Source: an uncultured Lentisphaerota bacterium (lineage in GTDB: Bacteria > Verrucomicrobiota > Kiritimatiellia > RFP12 > UBA1067). From it: a stretch of 45,810 nt of DNA. Numbering within the stretch: position 1 is the first letter of the stretch; every line of letters starts with the position of its first letter. The stretch is taken from contig ONTV01000001.1 in assembly GCA_900320855.1 (NCBI GenBank), positions 1-45,810 on the forward strand, in the 5' to 3' direction. The notes beneath the pieces were generated by a model, which saw nothing but the letters and a program-made list of their open reading frames with translations, was not told the DNA's origin and ran no database searches. A program made the translations under genes and the position numbers. Positions 27,207 to 35,088 of the stretch are shown piece after piece.

Positions 27207-28403
27207 ATGGCAGGCTTGAACGAAACGCCGCGCGCCAACCGCATCCACATCGCGTTCTTCGGGCTGAGGAACGCGGGGAAGTCCACGCTCGTCAACGCCT
27301 TTACCGGACAGGACATTGCCATCGTGAGCGACGTCGCCGGCACGACGACGGACCCCGTTTCGAAGGCGATGGAGATTTTGCCGCTCGGCCCGTGCCTCGT
27401 CACGGACACGGCGGGGCTTGACGACGTCGGAGACCTTGGCGCGATGCGCGTCCGCAAGACGCTGGACGTCCTCGCGACGACGGACATCGCCGTCTGGGTC
27501 ACGGCCGCGTCCGCCGGATCGGGCGACGACGTGCCTGCCGACTTCCGGGCGGCCTGCGCGGCGCGCGCGGTGACGCTGCTCGTCTACCGGCGCGGCGATT
27601 CGGTCGAGGAGCTGAAGCGGAAGATCGCCGCCGTGCGCCTTGAGGACGACACGCCGGGCCTTCTGGACGGAATCGTCTCGGCGGGCGATCGCGTCATCTG
27701 CGTCTGCCCGATCGACGAGTCCGCGCCGAAGGGGCGTCTGATCCTGCCGCAGGTTCAGGTCATCCGCGACTGCCTCGACCGCCACCTCGCGTGCACGGTC
27801 TGCCAGCCGGCGGAGCTGGCGGACTGCCTTGCGTCCGCCGCCGACGCCGCGCGCACGGTCGTCATCACGGACTCGCAGGCGTTCGCCGCCGTCCACCAAA
27901 CCCTCCAAACTTTCCAAACGTCCAAACGCCCCAACATCCAAACATCCAAACATCCAAACGCCCAAACGCCCAAACCCGTCCTCCTCACCTCCTTCTCGAT
28001 TCTCTTCGCGCGGCAGAAGGGCGATCTGGACGCCTATCGCGCGGGGCTCGCGGCGCTGGCGGGGCTGAAGGACGGCGACCGGGTGCTGGTCGCCGAGGGC
28101 TGCACGCACCATCGGCAGTGCAACGACATCGGGACGACGAAGATTCCCAAGGCCTTGGCGAAGCTGACGGGCCGGAAGCTCGACTTCGCCTTTTCGAGCG
28201 GCGGCGGCTTTGCGCTTGCGCCGACGGACGGCGCACGCGTCGCGCTGGTCGTCCACTGCGGCGGCTGCATGCTGACGCGGCGCGAGGTGCTGCGGCGGAT
28301 CGCGGCCTGTCAGGCGGCGGGCGTGCCGATCGTCAACTACGGCCTTCTGCTGGCGGCGGCGAACGGCCTGCGCGCGGCGGACGTGCTGCACAAGGCGGAT
28401 TGA
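27207..28403 (+). CDS. hydF: [FeFe]-hydrogenase maturation GTPase HydF
   Basis: NRIHIAFFGLRNAGKSTLVNAF (G1), DVAGTTTDP, DTAGLDD (G3), and the C-terminal FeS ligand pattern EGCTHH...VHCGGC. The interdomain loop carries the repeat at 27894-27975. Confidence 0.85.
   Translation: MAGLNETPRANRIHIAFFGLRNAGKSTLVNAFTGQDIAIVSDVAGTTTDPVSKAMEILPLGPCLVTDTAGLDDVGDLGAMRVRKTLDVLATTDIAVWVTAASAGSGDDVPADFRAACAARAVTLLVYRRGDSVEELKRKIAAVRLEDDTPGLLDGIVSAGDRVICVCPIDESAPKGRLILPQVQVIRDCLDRHLACTVCQPAELADCLASAADAARTVVITDSQAFAAVHQTLQTFQTSKRPNIQTSKHPNAQTPKPVLLTSFSILFARQKGDLDAYRAGLAALAGLKDGDRVLVAEGCTHHRQCNDIGTTKIPKALAKLTGRKLDFAFSSGGGFALAPTDGARVALVVHCGGCMLTRREVLRRIAACQAAGVPIVNYGLLLAAANGLRAADVLHKAD
27894..27975 (+). repeat. 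Octamer-period array (about 10 units ending in CCAAAC; core ATCCAAAC x3, GCCCAAAC x2) in frame inside hydF
   Basis: Read directly. The units are CACCAAAC CCTCCAAAC TTTCCAAAC GTCCAAAC GCCCCAAC ATCCAAAC x3 GCCCAAAC x2. It translates as QTLQTFQTSKRPNIQTSKHPNAQTPKP. Confidence 0.85.
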
Positions 28404-28417
28404 CCGTGCTCGCGCGA

Positions 28418-28429
28418 TTTTGGTATACT
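28418..28429 (+). promoter_or_regulatory. Extended -10 promoter TTTTGGTATACT
   Basis: 74 nt upstream of the rplY ATG. There is one mismatch in the hexamer. Confidence 0.55.
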
Positions 28430-28503
28430 ACGGCCCGTTTTGACCGTGAGAGTGTAGCGCGCGTGCGCGAGAGTATCGCGGGGAATTACCAGAAAAGGCA
28501 AAA

Positions 28504-29184
28504 ATGGATCAGATTCGGATCAAGGCGGAGGCGCGTACCGAACAGGGTACGGCAGCAGTCCGTCGTTTGCGCCGCACGGGGATGATTCCCGGTTCGGTGA
28601 TGAAGATGAAGAAGGGCGGCACGGAGCTCGTCAAGCTTCCGGAGCACGACTTCATGATGGCGATGCGCGGGCGGACGGGCAAGCAGGTCCTCGTCACGCT
28701 TGACATGGACGGCCGCGAGATTCCGGCGCTTCTGCGCGAGATGCAGAACGACGTCCTCAAGGGCACGCCCATCCACGTGGACTTCAGCGAAGTGTCGCTG
28801 TCCGAGAAGGTCCGCGTCACGGTTCCGCTCTCCCTCGTCGGCGAGGCGAAGGGCGTGAAGCTCGGCGGCGGCGTCCTCGAGCAGGTTCTCCGCACGATCG
28901 ACATCGACGTCCTCCCGACGGACATCCCGGAGAAGTTCGACATCGACGTGTCGGCGCTTGACCTGGACCAGACGCTGTTCGTGCGCGACCTCAAGCTCGG
29001 CGACCAGTACACGGTCGTCACGCGCGGCGAGCTCGCGCTGGCGGTCGTCAAGGCTCCGGACGACGTGCCGGCGGCCGGTGGCGCGGCTGCGGCGGCTGCG
29101 GACGCGGCCAAGGCCCCTGAGGTCATCAAGAAGGGCAAGGAAGAGGAAGCCGGTGCGGCTGCCAAGAAGGAGGAGAAGAAGTAA
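28504..29184 (+). CDS. rplY: 50S ribosomal protein L25/general stress protein Ctc
   Basis: 226 aa. RTEQGTAAVRRLRRTGMIPGSV, and an A/K/E-rich C-terminal tail. Confidence 0.88.
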   Translation: MDQIRIKAEARTEQGTAAVRRLRRTGMIPGSVMKMKKGGTELVKLPEHDFMMAMRGRTGKQVLVTLDMDGREIPALLREMQNDVLKGTPIHVDFSEVSLSEKVRVTVPLSLVGEAKGVKLGGGVLEQVLRTIDIDVLPTDIPEKFDIDVSALDLDQTLFVRDLKLGDQYTVVTRGELALAVVKAPDDVPAAGGAAAAAADAAKAPEVIKKGKEEEAGAAAKKEEKK

Positions 29185-29573
29185 TGAAGAAGTACGATGC
29201 TCTCTACATCTTCGTCGGCGTCGCAAAGGACGATGCGGTCGAAGCCCCGCTCGAGAAGGCGTTGGCGGAAGTGACGCGCGTGGGCGGCAACGTCCTCGAG
29301 AAGGTCGTCCTCGGCGGGCGCACGTTCTCGCGTCCCATGAAGAAGCGCGACCGCGGCACCTACGTGAAGGTCCGCCTCGAGCTCGACCCGGCCAAGGTCG
29401 ACGAACTGGTCAACCGCTATCACCTCGTCGAGGACGTCTTCCGCGTGCAGATTCTCGCGGTCGATGACCGTCGCGAGGCGAAGATCGCGCAGGAGCGCGC
29501 CGAGCGCGCCGCGATCCAGGCGAAGAAGGACGCGGCGGCCGCCGCAGCGCTCGCCGCCAAGGTCGAGGCCTGA
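29184..29573 (+). CDS. rpsF: 30S ribosomal protein S6
   Basis: MKKYDALYIF..., with an extended C-terminal A/K tail. The start overlaps the rplY stop (TAATG). Confidence 0.85.
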   Translation: MKKYDALYIFVGVAKDDAVEAPLEKALAEVTRVGGNVLEKVVLGGRTFSRPMKKRDRGTYVKVRLELDPAKVDELVNRYHLVEDVFRVQILAVDDRREAKIAQERAERAAIQAKKDAAAAAALAAKVEA

Positions 29574-29592
29574 GTCGGAAGGGGGTGCCGCG

Positions 29593-30009
29593 ATGGCGTC
29601 TTTCAACAAAGTGATCCTGATGGGCAACCTCACGCGTGACCCGGACGTGCGCGTGACCGGGACGAGCGGCATGAAGGTCGCGCGGCTTGGTCTCGCCGTC
29701 AACGAGCGCCGGAAGGACCGCAACGGCAACGTGCAGGACTTCCCCGTGTTCGTCGACGTCGACGCCTGGGACAAGCTGGCCGAGCTTTGCGGGCAGTACC
29801 TTTCGAAGGGAAGCTCCATTCTCGTCGATGGGCGTCTTCAGATGGACACCTGGGAAAAGGACGGCGTCAAGCACCAGAAGCTCAAGGTTCGCGCGAGCAC
29901 GATCAAGTTCCTGCCGAAGGGCGACCGCCTTGCGGGCGGCCCGAAGCCCGTCGTGGAGCAGACCGCGCCCGAAACGGCCGAGAGCGATCCCGCCGACATA
30001 CCGTTCTGA
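29593..30009 (+). CDS. ssb: Single-stranded DNA-binding protein
   Basis: ORF 29464..30009, trimmed to the ATG at 29593. MASFNKVILMGNLTRDPDVR, with the acidic tip ...DPADIPF. Confidence 0.93.
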   Translation: MASFNKVILMGNLTRDPDVRVTGTSGMKVARLGLAVNERRKDRNGNVQDFPVFVDVDAWDKLAELCGQYLSKGSSILVDGRLQMDTWEKDGVKHQKLKVRASTIKFLPKGDRLAGGPKPVVEQTAPETAESDPADIPF

Positions 30010-30087
30010 AAATAATCGAATGGTCGAATGTTCGAATGATCGAATGGTCGAATGATCGGATGGTCAACGGACAGTAAGATCGAATCG
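30010..30087 (+). repeat. Octamer array: AAATAA + TCGAATGG TCGAATGT TCGAATGA TCGAATGG TCGAATGA TCGGATGG TCAACGGA, plus an isolated TCGAATCG at 30080-30087
   Basis: Read directly. It starts at the base after the ssb stop and ends 22 nt before the rpsR ATG. Confidence 0.9.
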
Positions 30088-30109
30088 TAAACCTTTAAGG
30101 AAAAACACA

Positions 30110-30340
30110 ATGGCTTTCAAGAAATCCAACAGCTCGGCCGGCGAGGAGTTCGCCGCGAGGAAGCGTCCGCCGCTCCGCAAGGGCGACGCGATCGACGTCA
30201 ACGACATCGAGACGCTCAAGTACTACATCACCGACTACGGCAAGATCCTGCCGGCGCGCATCACCGGCGTGACCTCGCAGCAGCAGCGCCAGATCCGCCA
30301 GGGCGTCAAGCGCGCCCGCAACATGGGGCTCATGGCCTAA
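30110..30340 (+). CDS. rpsR: 30S ribosomal protein S18
   Basis: 76 aa. [41 protein letters not shown]. Confidence 0.95.
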   Translation: [76 protein letters not shown]

Positions 30341-30356
30341 CGGGAGGAGCAGCGAT

Positions 30357-30830
30357 ATGGCACAGCACATCGAAGTCATGCTCATGGACAACGTGAAGAA
30401 GCTCGGCAAGGCGGGCGCGATCGTCAAGGTCGCCCCCGGCTACGCCCGCAACTACCTCTTCACGAAGGGTCTCGCCGCCGTCGCGACGGAAGCCGCGAAG
30501 CGCCGCCTGAAGAAGCTCGAGGCCGAGCGCGCCGTGCGCGCCGCCGAGGAGAAGAAGGCCGCGCTCGAGCTCGCCAAGAAGCTCGAGAAGCTCGAGATCA
30601 CCGTCTCCGCCCACACGACGGACGGCAAGCGGCTCTATGGCGCGGTCAGCGTCACGGACATCCTGGCGGCGATCGAGGCGAACCGCGGTGTCAAGGTCGA
30701 GCGTCATCAGCTCGAGCTCGACGACGCGCTCAAGGAAGTCGGCGTCTACGAGCCGACGATCGATCTCGGACGTGGCGTCACCGTCAAGTTCAAGATCACC
30801 ATTCTCGACGAGGAAGCGCCCGAGGCGTGA
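30357..30830 (+). CDS. rplI: 50S ribosomal protein L9
   Basis: IEVMLMDNVKKLGKAGAIVKVAPGYARNYL. Confidence 0.93.
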   Translation: MAQHIEVMLMDNVKKLGKAGAIVKVAPGYARNYLFTKGLAAVATEAAKRRLKKLEAERAVRAAEEKKAALELAKKLEKLEITVSAHTTDGKRLYGAVSVTDILAAIEANRGVKVERHQLELDDALKEVGVYEPTIDLGRGVTVKFKITILDEEAPEA

Positions 30831-32656
30831 CCAAGCTCGAGGAAAAATGGAAACTCACGCGGGAGACGGTCGGCAACGGCCGTCTCTCCGTAATCATGCC
30901 CCTTTACCGCCTCGCCGCCGAGGCCGAGGGGAATCTGCGCGCCGTCGCCGCGCTCTTCGAGCGGCATGGCGTCGAGGCGGAGCTCGTTCCGGTCGATGAC
31001 GGCAGCGGCGACGGCACGGCGGAGATCCTGCGCGGCATCCGGCTGGACGGCTTTTCGCACGTCACGCTGAAGAGCGTGGTCTGTCCGCGCAACGGCGGCA
31101 AGGGGGCGGCGCTCCGCGCGGGCTTCGAGGCGTCGAGCGGGCGCTACGTGCTTCTGCTTGACGGCGACCTGGACATCAATCCGCAGCAGACGCCGCACTT
31201 CTTCGAGCAGCTGGTCATCCGCGCGGCCGACATCGTCGTCGGCTCCAAGCGCCATCCGAAGTCCGTCGTGCAGTACCCGTGGCACCGACGGCTCGCGAGC
31301 GTCTGCTATTTCGCGTTCGTGCGCCTGGCGTTCGGGCTTCGGATCACCGACACGCAGACGGGCATGAAGCTCTTCAAGCGGGAGGTCCTCGGCCCGGCAC
31401 TCGACCGGATGCTCGTCAAGACCTACGCCTTTGACCTCGAGGTTCTCGCCATTGCCGCGCAGCGGGGCGCGAAGATCGTCGAGGCGCCCGTCGTCATCCG
31501 CTTCGGCGACAAGTTCGGTGCGCTGCGGGCGGAGACCGTCCGGCGGATGATGCTGGACACGCTGGCCGTCTTCTACCGGCGGCGGATTCTCGACTACTAT
31601 TCGAAATGCCTCGTTCCGCCGAAGCTCGACCGTGCGCCGCTCGTCTCGGTCGTGATCGCCTGCCCGAAGACGAGCTGGATGCTGGACGAGTGCCTGGACG
31701 CCCTTCGGGGGCAGTCGTACGCGAACTGGGAGGCGATTGTCCTGCCGGACGCGGCGGAGGGGGGGCGGACGGCGGACGCGGGGCGCGTTCGCTTTCTCCC
31801 GACGGGAAAGGTGCGCCCCGCCGAAAAGCGCAACCTCGGCATTCGCGCGGCGAAGGGCGAGATCGTCGCGTTCATCGACGACGACGCCTACCCGGAGGCG
31901 CATTGGCTCGAATACGCCGTCAAGTACTTCGGCGATCCGGGCATCGGCGCGGTTGGCGGGCCGGGCGTGACGCCGCCCGGCGACGTGCGCCTGGCCCGGC
32001 TGGGCGGCCGCGTCTACGAAAGCCGCCTCGTCTCCGGCACCTACAGCTATCGCTATCGCGCGGGCGGCGTCCGGATGGACGTCGACGACTATCCGAGCTG
32101 CAACCTCCTCGTGCGCAAGGACGTCCTTGACCGGATCGGCGGCTACCGGACTGACTTCTGGCCGGGCGAGGACACGCTTCTCTGCAAGGACATCGTTGAC
32201 CGGAGCTGGAAGCGGATCGTCTACGATCCGTGGGTCATCGTCTACCACCACCGCCGGCCGCTCTTCCGTCCGCACCTGCGCCAGCTCGGCCGCTACGGCT
32301 TTCATCGCGGCTATTTCTGCAAGCGCTTCCCGTCGAACTCGCGGCGGCTGTCGTATTTCATTCCGACGCTCTTCGACGCCTACCTGGCCGGGTTCGCGCT
32401 GCTCGCGGGGCTGGCTGCGCTCGGCTTCGTGCCGAGGCTGGCCGTGGACGTCTGCGGCGCGCCGCTGGCGCTTTACCTCGCGCTTGTGGCGGCCGCGTCG
32501 TTCAGCCTGCACCCCGTGGACGACCTGCTGACGGCCCTTGGCATCGTCCTGAGCCACGTCTGGTACGGCCTCCAGTTCCTGCGCGGGCTCTGCGCGGCGA
32601 AGGCGCCGTGCGAATACATCGGCGCCGACCACGCGGGCGGCGGCAATTTGGTATAA
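30827..32656 (+). CDS. Membrane-associated tandem family-2 glycosyltransferase (two GT2 domains + C-terminal TM segments)
   Basis: 609 aa. Domain 1: LSVIMPLYR..VDDGSGDGT..LLLDGDLD. Domain 2: VSVVIACPK..AIVLPD..FIDDDAYP. The GTG start overlaps the rplI stop, and the start is uncertain. Confidence 0.75.
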   Translation: MTKLEEKWKLTRETVGNGRLSVIMPLYRLAAEAEGNLRAVAALFERHGVEAELVPVDDGSGDGTAEILRGIRLDGFSHVTLKSVVCPRNGGKGAALRAGFEASSGRYVLLLDGDLDINPQQTPHFFEQLVIRAADIVVGSKRHPKSVVQYPWHRRLASVCYFAFVRLAFGLRITDTQTGMKLFKREVLGPALDRMLVKTYAFDLEVLAIAAQRGAKIVEAPVVIRFGDKFGALRAETVRRMMLDTLAVFYRRRILDYYSKCLVPPKLDRAPLVSVVIACPKTSWMLDECLDALRGQSYANWEAIVLPDAAEGGRTADAGRVRFLPTGKVRPAEKRNLGIRAAKGEIVAFIDDDAYPEAHWLEYAVKYFGDPGIGAVGGPGVTPPGDVRLARLGGRVYESRLVSGTYSYRYRAGGVRMDVDDYPSCNLLVRKDVLDRIGGYRTDFWPGEDTLLCKDIVDRSWKRIVYDPWVIVYHHRRPLFRPHLRQLGRYGFHRGYFCKRFPSNSRRLSYFIPTLFDAYLAGFALLAGLAALGFVPRLAVDVCGAPLALYLALVAAASFSLHPVDDLLTALGIVLSHVWYGLQFLRGLCAAKAPCEYIGADHAGGGNLV

Positions 32657-32657
32657 T
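32647..32657 (+). promoter_or_regulatory. Extended -10 promoter TTTGGTATAAT; tyrS appears leaderless
   Basis: TATAAT is at 32652-32657 and the ATG at 32666, leaving an 8-nt gap and no room for an SD. The GT2 stop TAA (32654-32656) lies inside the hexamer. Confidence 0.6.
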
Positions 32658-32665
32658 GTTGCGCT

Positions 32666-33910
32666 ATGAAACTGATTGAAGAGCTGAAGGCTCGCGGACT
32701 CGTCGAGGCGCTGACGGATCCCGAGATCGAGAAGGCACTGGAGCAGCCGATGACGGTCTACTGCGGGTTTGACCCCTCGGCGCGTTCGCTCCAGGCCGGG
32801 AACCTCGTCTCCATCATCGTCCTCAAGCGCTTCCAGCAGGCGGGCCACAAGGTCATCGCGCTCGTCGGCGGCGCGACGGGGCTCATCGGCGACCCGTCGG
32901 GCAAGTCGGCCGAGCGCAACATGCAGACGGTCGAGCAGGTCGCCGCGAACAAGGCGGGCATCCGCGAGAACCTCGCGCGCATCCTCGACTTCGACGGGCC
33001 GAACGCGGCCGTGATGGTCGACAACTACGACTGGTACAAGGGCACGAGCGCGATCGAGTTCCTGCGCGACATTGCGATCAACTTCCGCGTGCCGCAGATG
33101 CTCGCGAAGGAGTCCGTGAAGAAGCGCCTGGAGGCGCGCGAGGGCGCGCTCACGTTCACCGAGTTCTCCTACCAGATTCTCCAGGGCAACGACTTCCTCC
33201 ACCTCTACGACACGTACGGCTGCCAGATGGAGGTCGGCGGGGCCGACCAGTGGGGCAACATCACGGCGGGGACGGATCTCGTGCGGCGGATGCGCGGCAA
33301 GACGGCCTACGGCCTCACGTTCCCGCTTCTGCTCGACTCGACGGGCAAGAAGTTCGGCAAGTCGGAGGGCAACGCGCTCTTCCTCAACGGCGAGATGACG
33401 CCCGTCTTCGACTGGTACCAGTACTTCCTGCGCACGCCGGACGCGGACGTGATCCGCTACCTGAAGGTCTTTTCGCTGCGTTCGCTGGACGAAATCGCCG
33501 CGCTGGAGGCCGAGATGAAGGCGCATCCCGAATCGCGCATTCCGCAGAAGGCGCTTGCCGAGGAGATTACGCGGCTCGTCCACGGCGAGGAAGGCCTCCG
33601 GAAGGCCCAGGCGGCGACCGAGGCCCTGTACGCGAAGAAGACGGCGGCGGACGTCGCGAAGGCCGAGAACGTGCCGAGCGCGACGGTCGCGCTCGCGGAC
33701 TGCGTCGGCAAGGCGGTCTTCGCCGTCGCGGCGGCGGCCGGGATGTTCAAGTCGAACGGCGAGGCGCGTCGGCTGGCCCAGCAGGGCGGGCTTTCGCTCA
33801 ACGACGCGAAGGTCGACGAGAAGCGTCTCTTCGCGGCGGACGACGTGAAGGACGGCGTGGCCGTCCTGCGCTCCGGCAAGCGGAACTACTTCGTCCTTCG
33901 CTTCGCGTAG
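32666..33910 (+). CDS. tyrS: Tyrosyl-tRNA synthetase
   Basis: 414 aa. [44 protein letters not shown], KFGKS, and a C-terminal S4-like domain. The HIGH position reads QAGN. Confidence 0.9.
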   Translation: [414 protein letters not shown]

Positions 33911-33934
33911 GGAGCGGCTGTCCGGGATCTGACG

Positions 33935-35053
33935 ATGAAAACGATCGAGCGCTACGTCTTCGGCTCGTTTCTGTCGAGTTTCGCGCTCGCGTTCCTCGTC
34001 CTCTCGTTCGTGCTGACGATCGGGCTTCTCGTCCAGATCGTCGGCTTCATCATGGACGGCGTGCCGATGCCGCTCGTCGGCGAGTTCTGCGCCGTCTCGA
34101 TTCCGGAGACGCTCCAGTGGTCGATGCCGCTCGCCCTGCTCGTGAGCGCGATCCTCGTCTTCTCGCGCCTGTCGGCCGACAGCGAGATTGCGGCGATGCG
34201 CGCGTGTGGCGTCAACCTCCTCGCCGTGATGAAGTGGCCCGTTCTCTTCGGGATTGGCTGCACGCTGCTGAGCTTCTGGGTCAACAACGAGGTCGTGCCG
34301 CGCGGGCATGAAGTCCGCCGGACGCTCAAGACGCGCGTCTCCGTCAAGACGGGCATCAGCCTCCTGGAGCCGGGGCGCGTCATCGACGACTTCAAGGACC
34401 TGAAGATCTACTTTGCCCGCAAGGAGGGGAACTGGCTCCACGATCTCGTCGTCCTCGACTACTCGACGCCGGGCGTCGACCGCATGATCACGGCCGACAA
34501 GGCGCTCGTCACGCAGCGCGAGAGGGACATCGACCTCGAGCTCTACCACATGACGGTCGATCCCGTCGACGCGCAGCACCGCACGATGGCCCGCGCGAAC
34601 CGCTTCGTCTACACGCTCAAGGACGCGATCCGCGACTCGACCTACCGGCGGCGCACGAAGGACTTCCGCTTCGCCGAGATGTGCGCGACCATCCGGGCGG
34701 ACGAGGCCCGTTTGCGCGCGCTTGAGGCGGACGGGCACGTGGCCCCGGCCAAGCTCGACCTGGCGCAGCGCGAGCTGAGCGGCAAGAAGGTCGAGCTCAG
34801 CAAGCGCTTCGTCTTCGCGATGGCGTCGATCTGCTTCGTCCTCGTCGGCATTCCGCTGGGCATCCGCTCGCAGCGGCGGGAATCGACGGTCGGCATGGCG
34901 ATTTCGCTCGCCGTGGCGCTGGGCTATTACGTGCTCGTGATTCTGATGCTCTCGTGCGAGGAACGCGCGGCCATTCGGCCGTGGCTTCTCATCTGGCTGC
35001 CGGTCGTGGCCTGCTTTGCGCTTGCGGCCCGGCTTGTCCGCCGGCATCTCTAG
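33935..35053 (+). CDS. LPS export ABC permease LptF/LptG (YjgP/YjgQ) family
   Basis: 372 aa. MKTIERYVFGSFLSSFALAFLVLSFVL, with a periplasmic beta-jellyroll between TM3 and TM4. Confidence 0.8.
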   Translation: MKTIERYVFGSFLSSFALAFLVLSFVLTIGLLVQIVGFIMDGVPMPLVGEFCAVSIPETLQWSMPLALLVSAILVFSRLSADSEIAAMRACGVNLLAVMKWPVLFGIGCTLLSFWVNNEVVPRGHEVRRTLKTRVSVKTGISLLEPGRVIDDFKDLKIYFARKEGNWLHDLVVLDYSTPGVDRMITADKALVTQRERDIDLELYHMTVDPVDAQHRTMARANRFVYTLKDAIRDSTYRRRTKDFRFAEMCATIRADEARLRALEADGHVAPAKLDLAQRELSGKKVELSKRFVFAMASICFVLVGIPLGIRSQRRESTVGMAISLAVALGYYVLVILMLSCEERAAIRPWLLIWLPVVACFALAARLVRRHL

Positions 35054-35088
35054 TCTCTCTTATCAGTACAGGAAAGGAAGTGTTGTTC

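Noticed and set aside
27755-27988. Minus-strand ORF across the hydF repeat (MRRTGLGVWAFGCLDVWMLGRLDVWKVW...), and the analogous minus ORF 4332..4583 across the heptamer array (MRFQISDFRFQISDFRFQ).
   Set aside because: Their periodic peptide sequences are simply the repeat read on the opposite strand. They are embedded in or next to a well-supported plus-strand gene and have no start context.
29464-29592. Upstream extensions of ssb (29464) and, similarly, of lpxA (34954..35088), rhaA (24187..24333), secY (11240..11302) and the kinase (13314..13376).
   Set aside because: The extensions overlap preceding genes or spacers and lack homology. Internal ATGs with purine-rich RBS-like sequence upstream give canonical N-termini.
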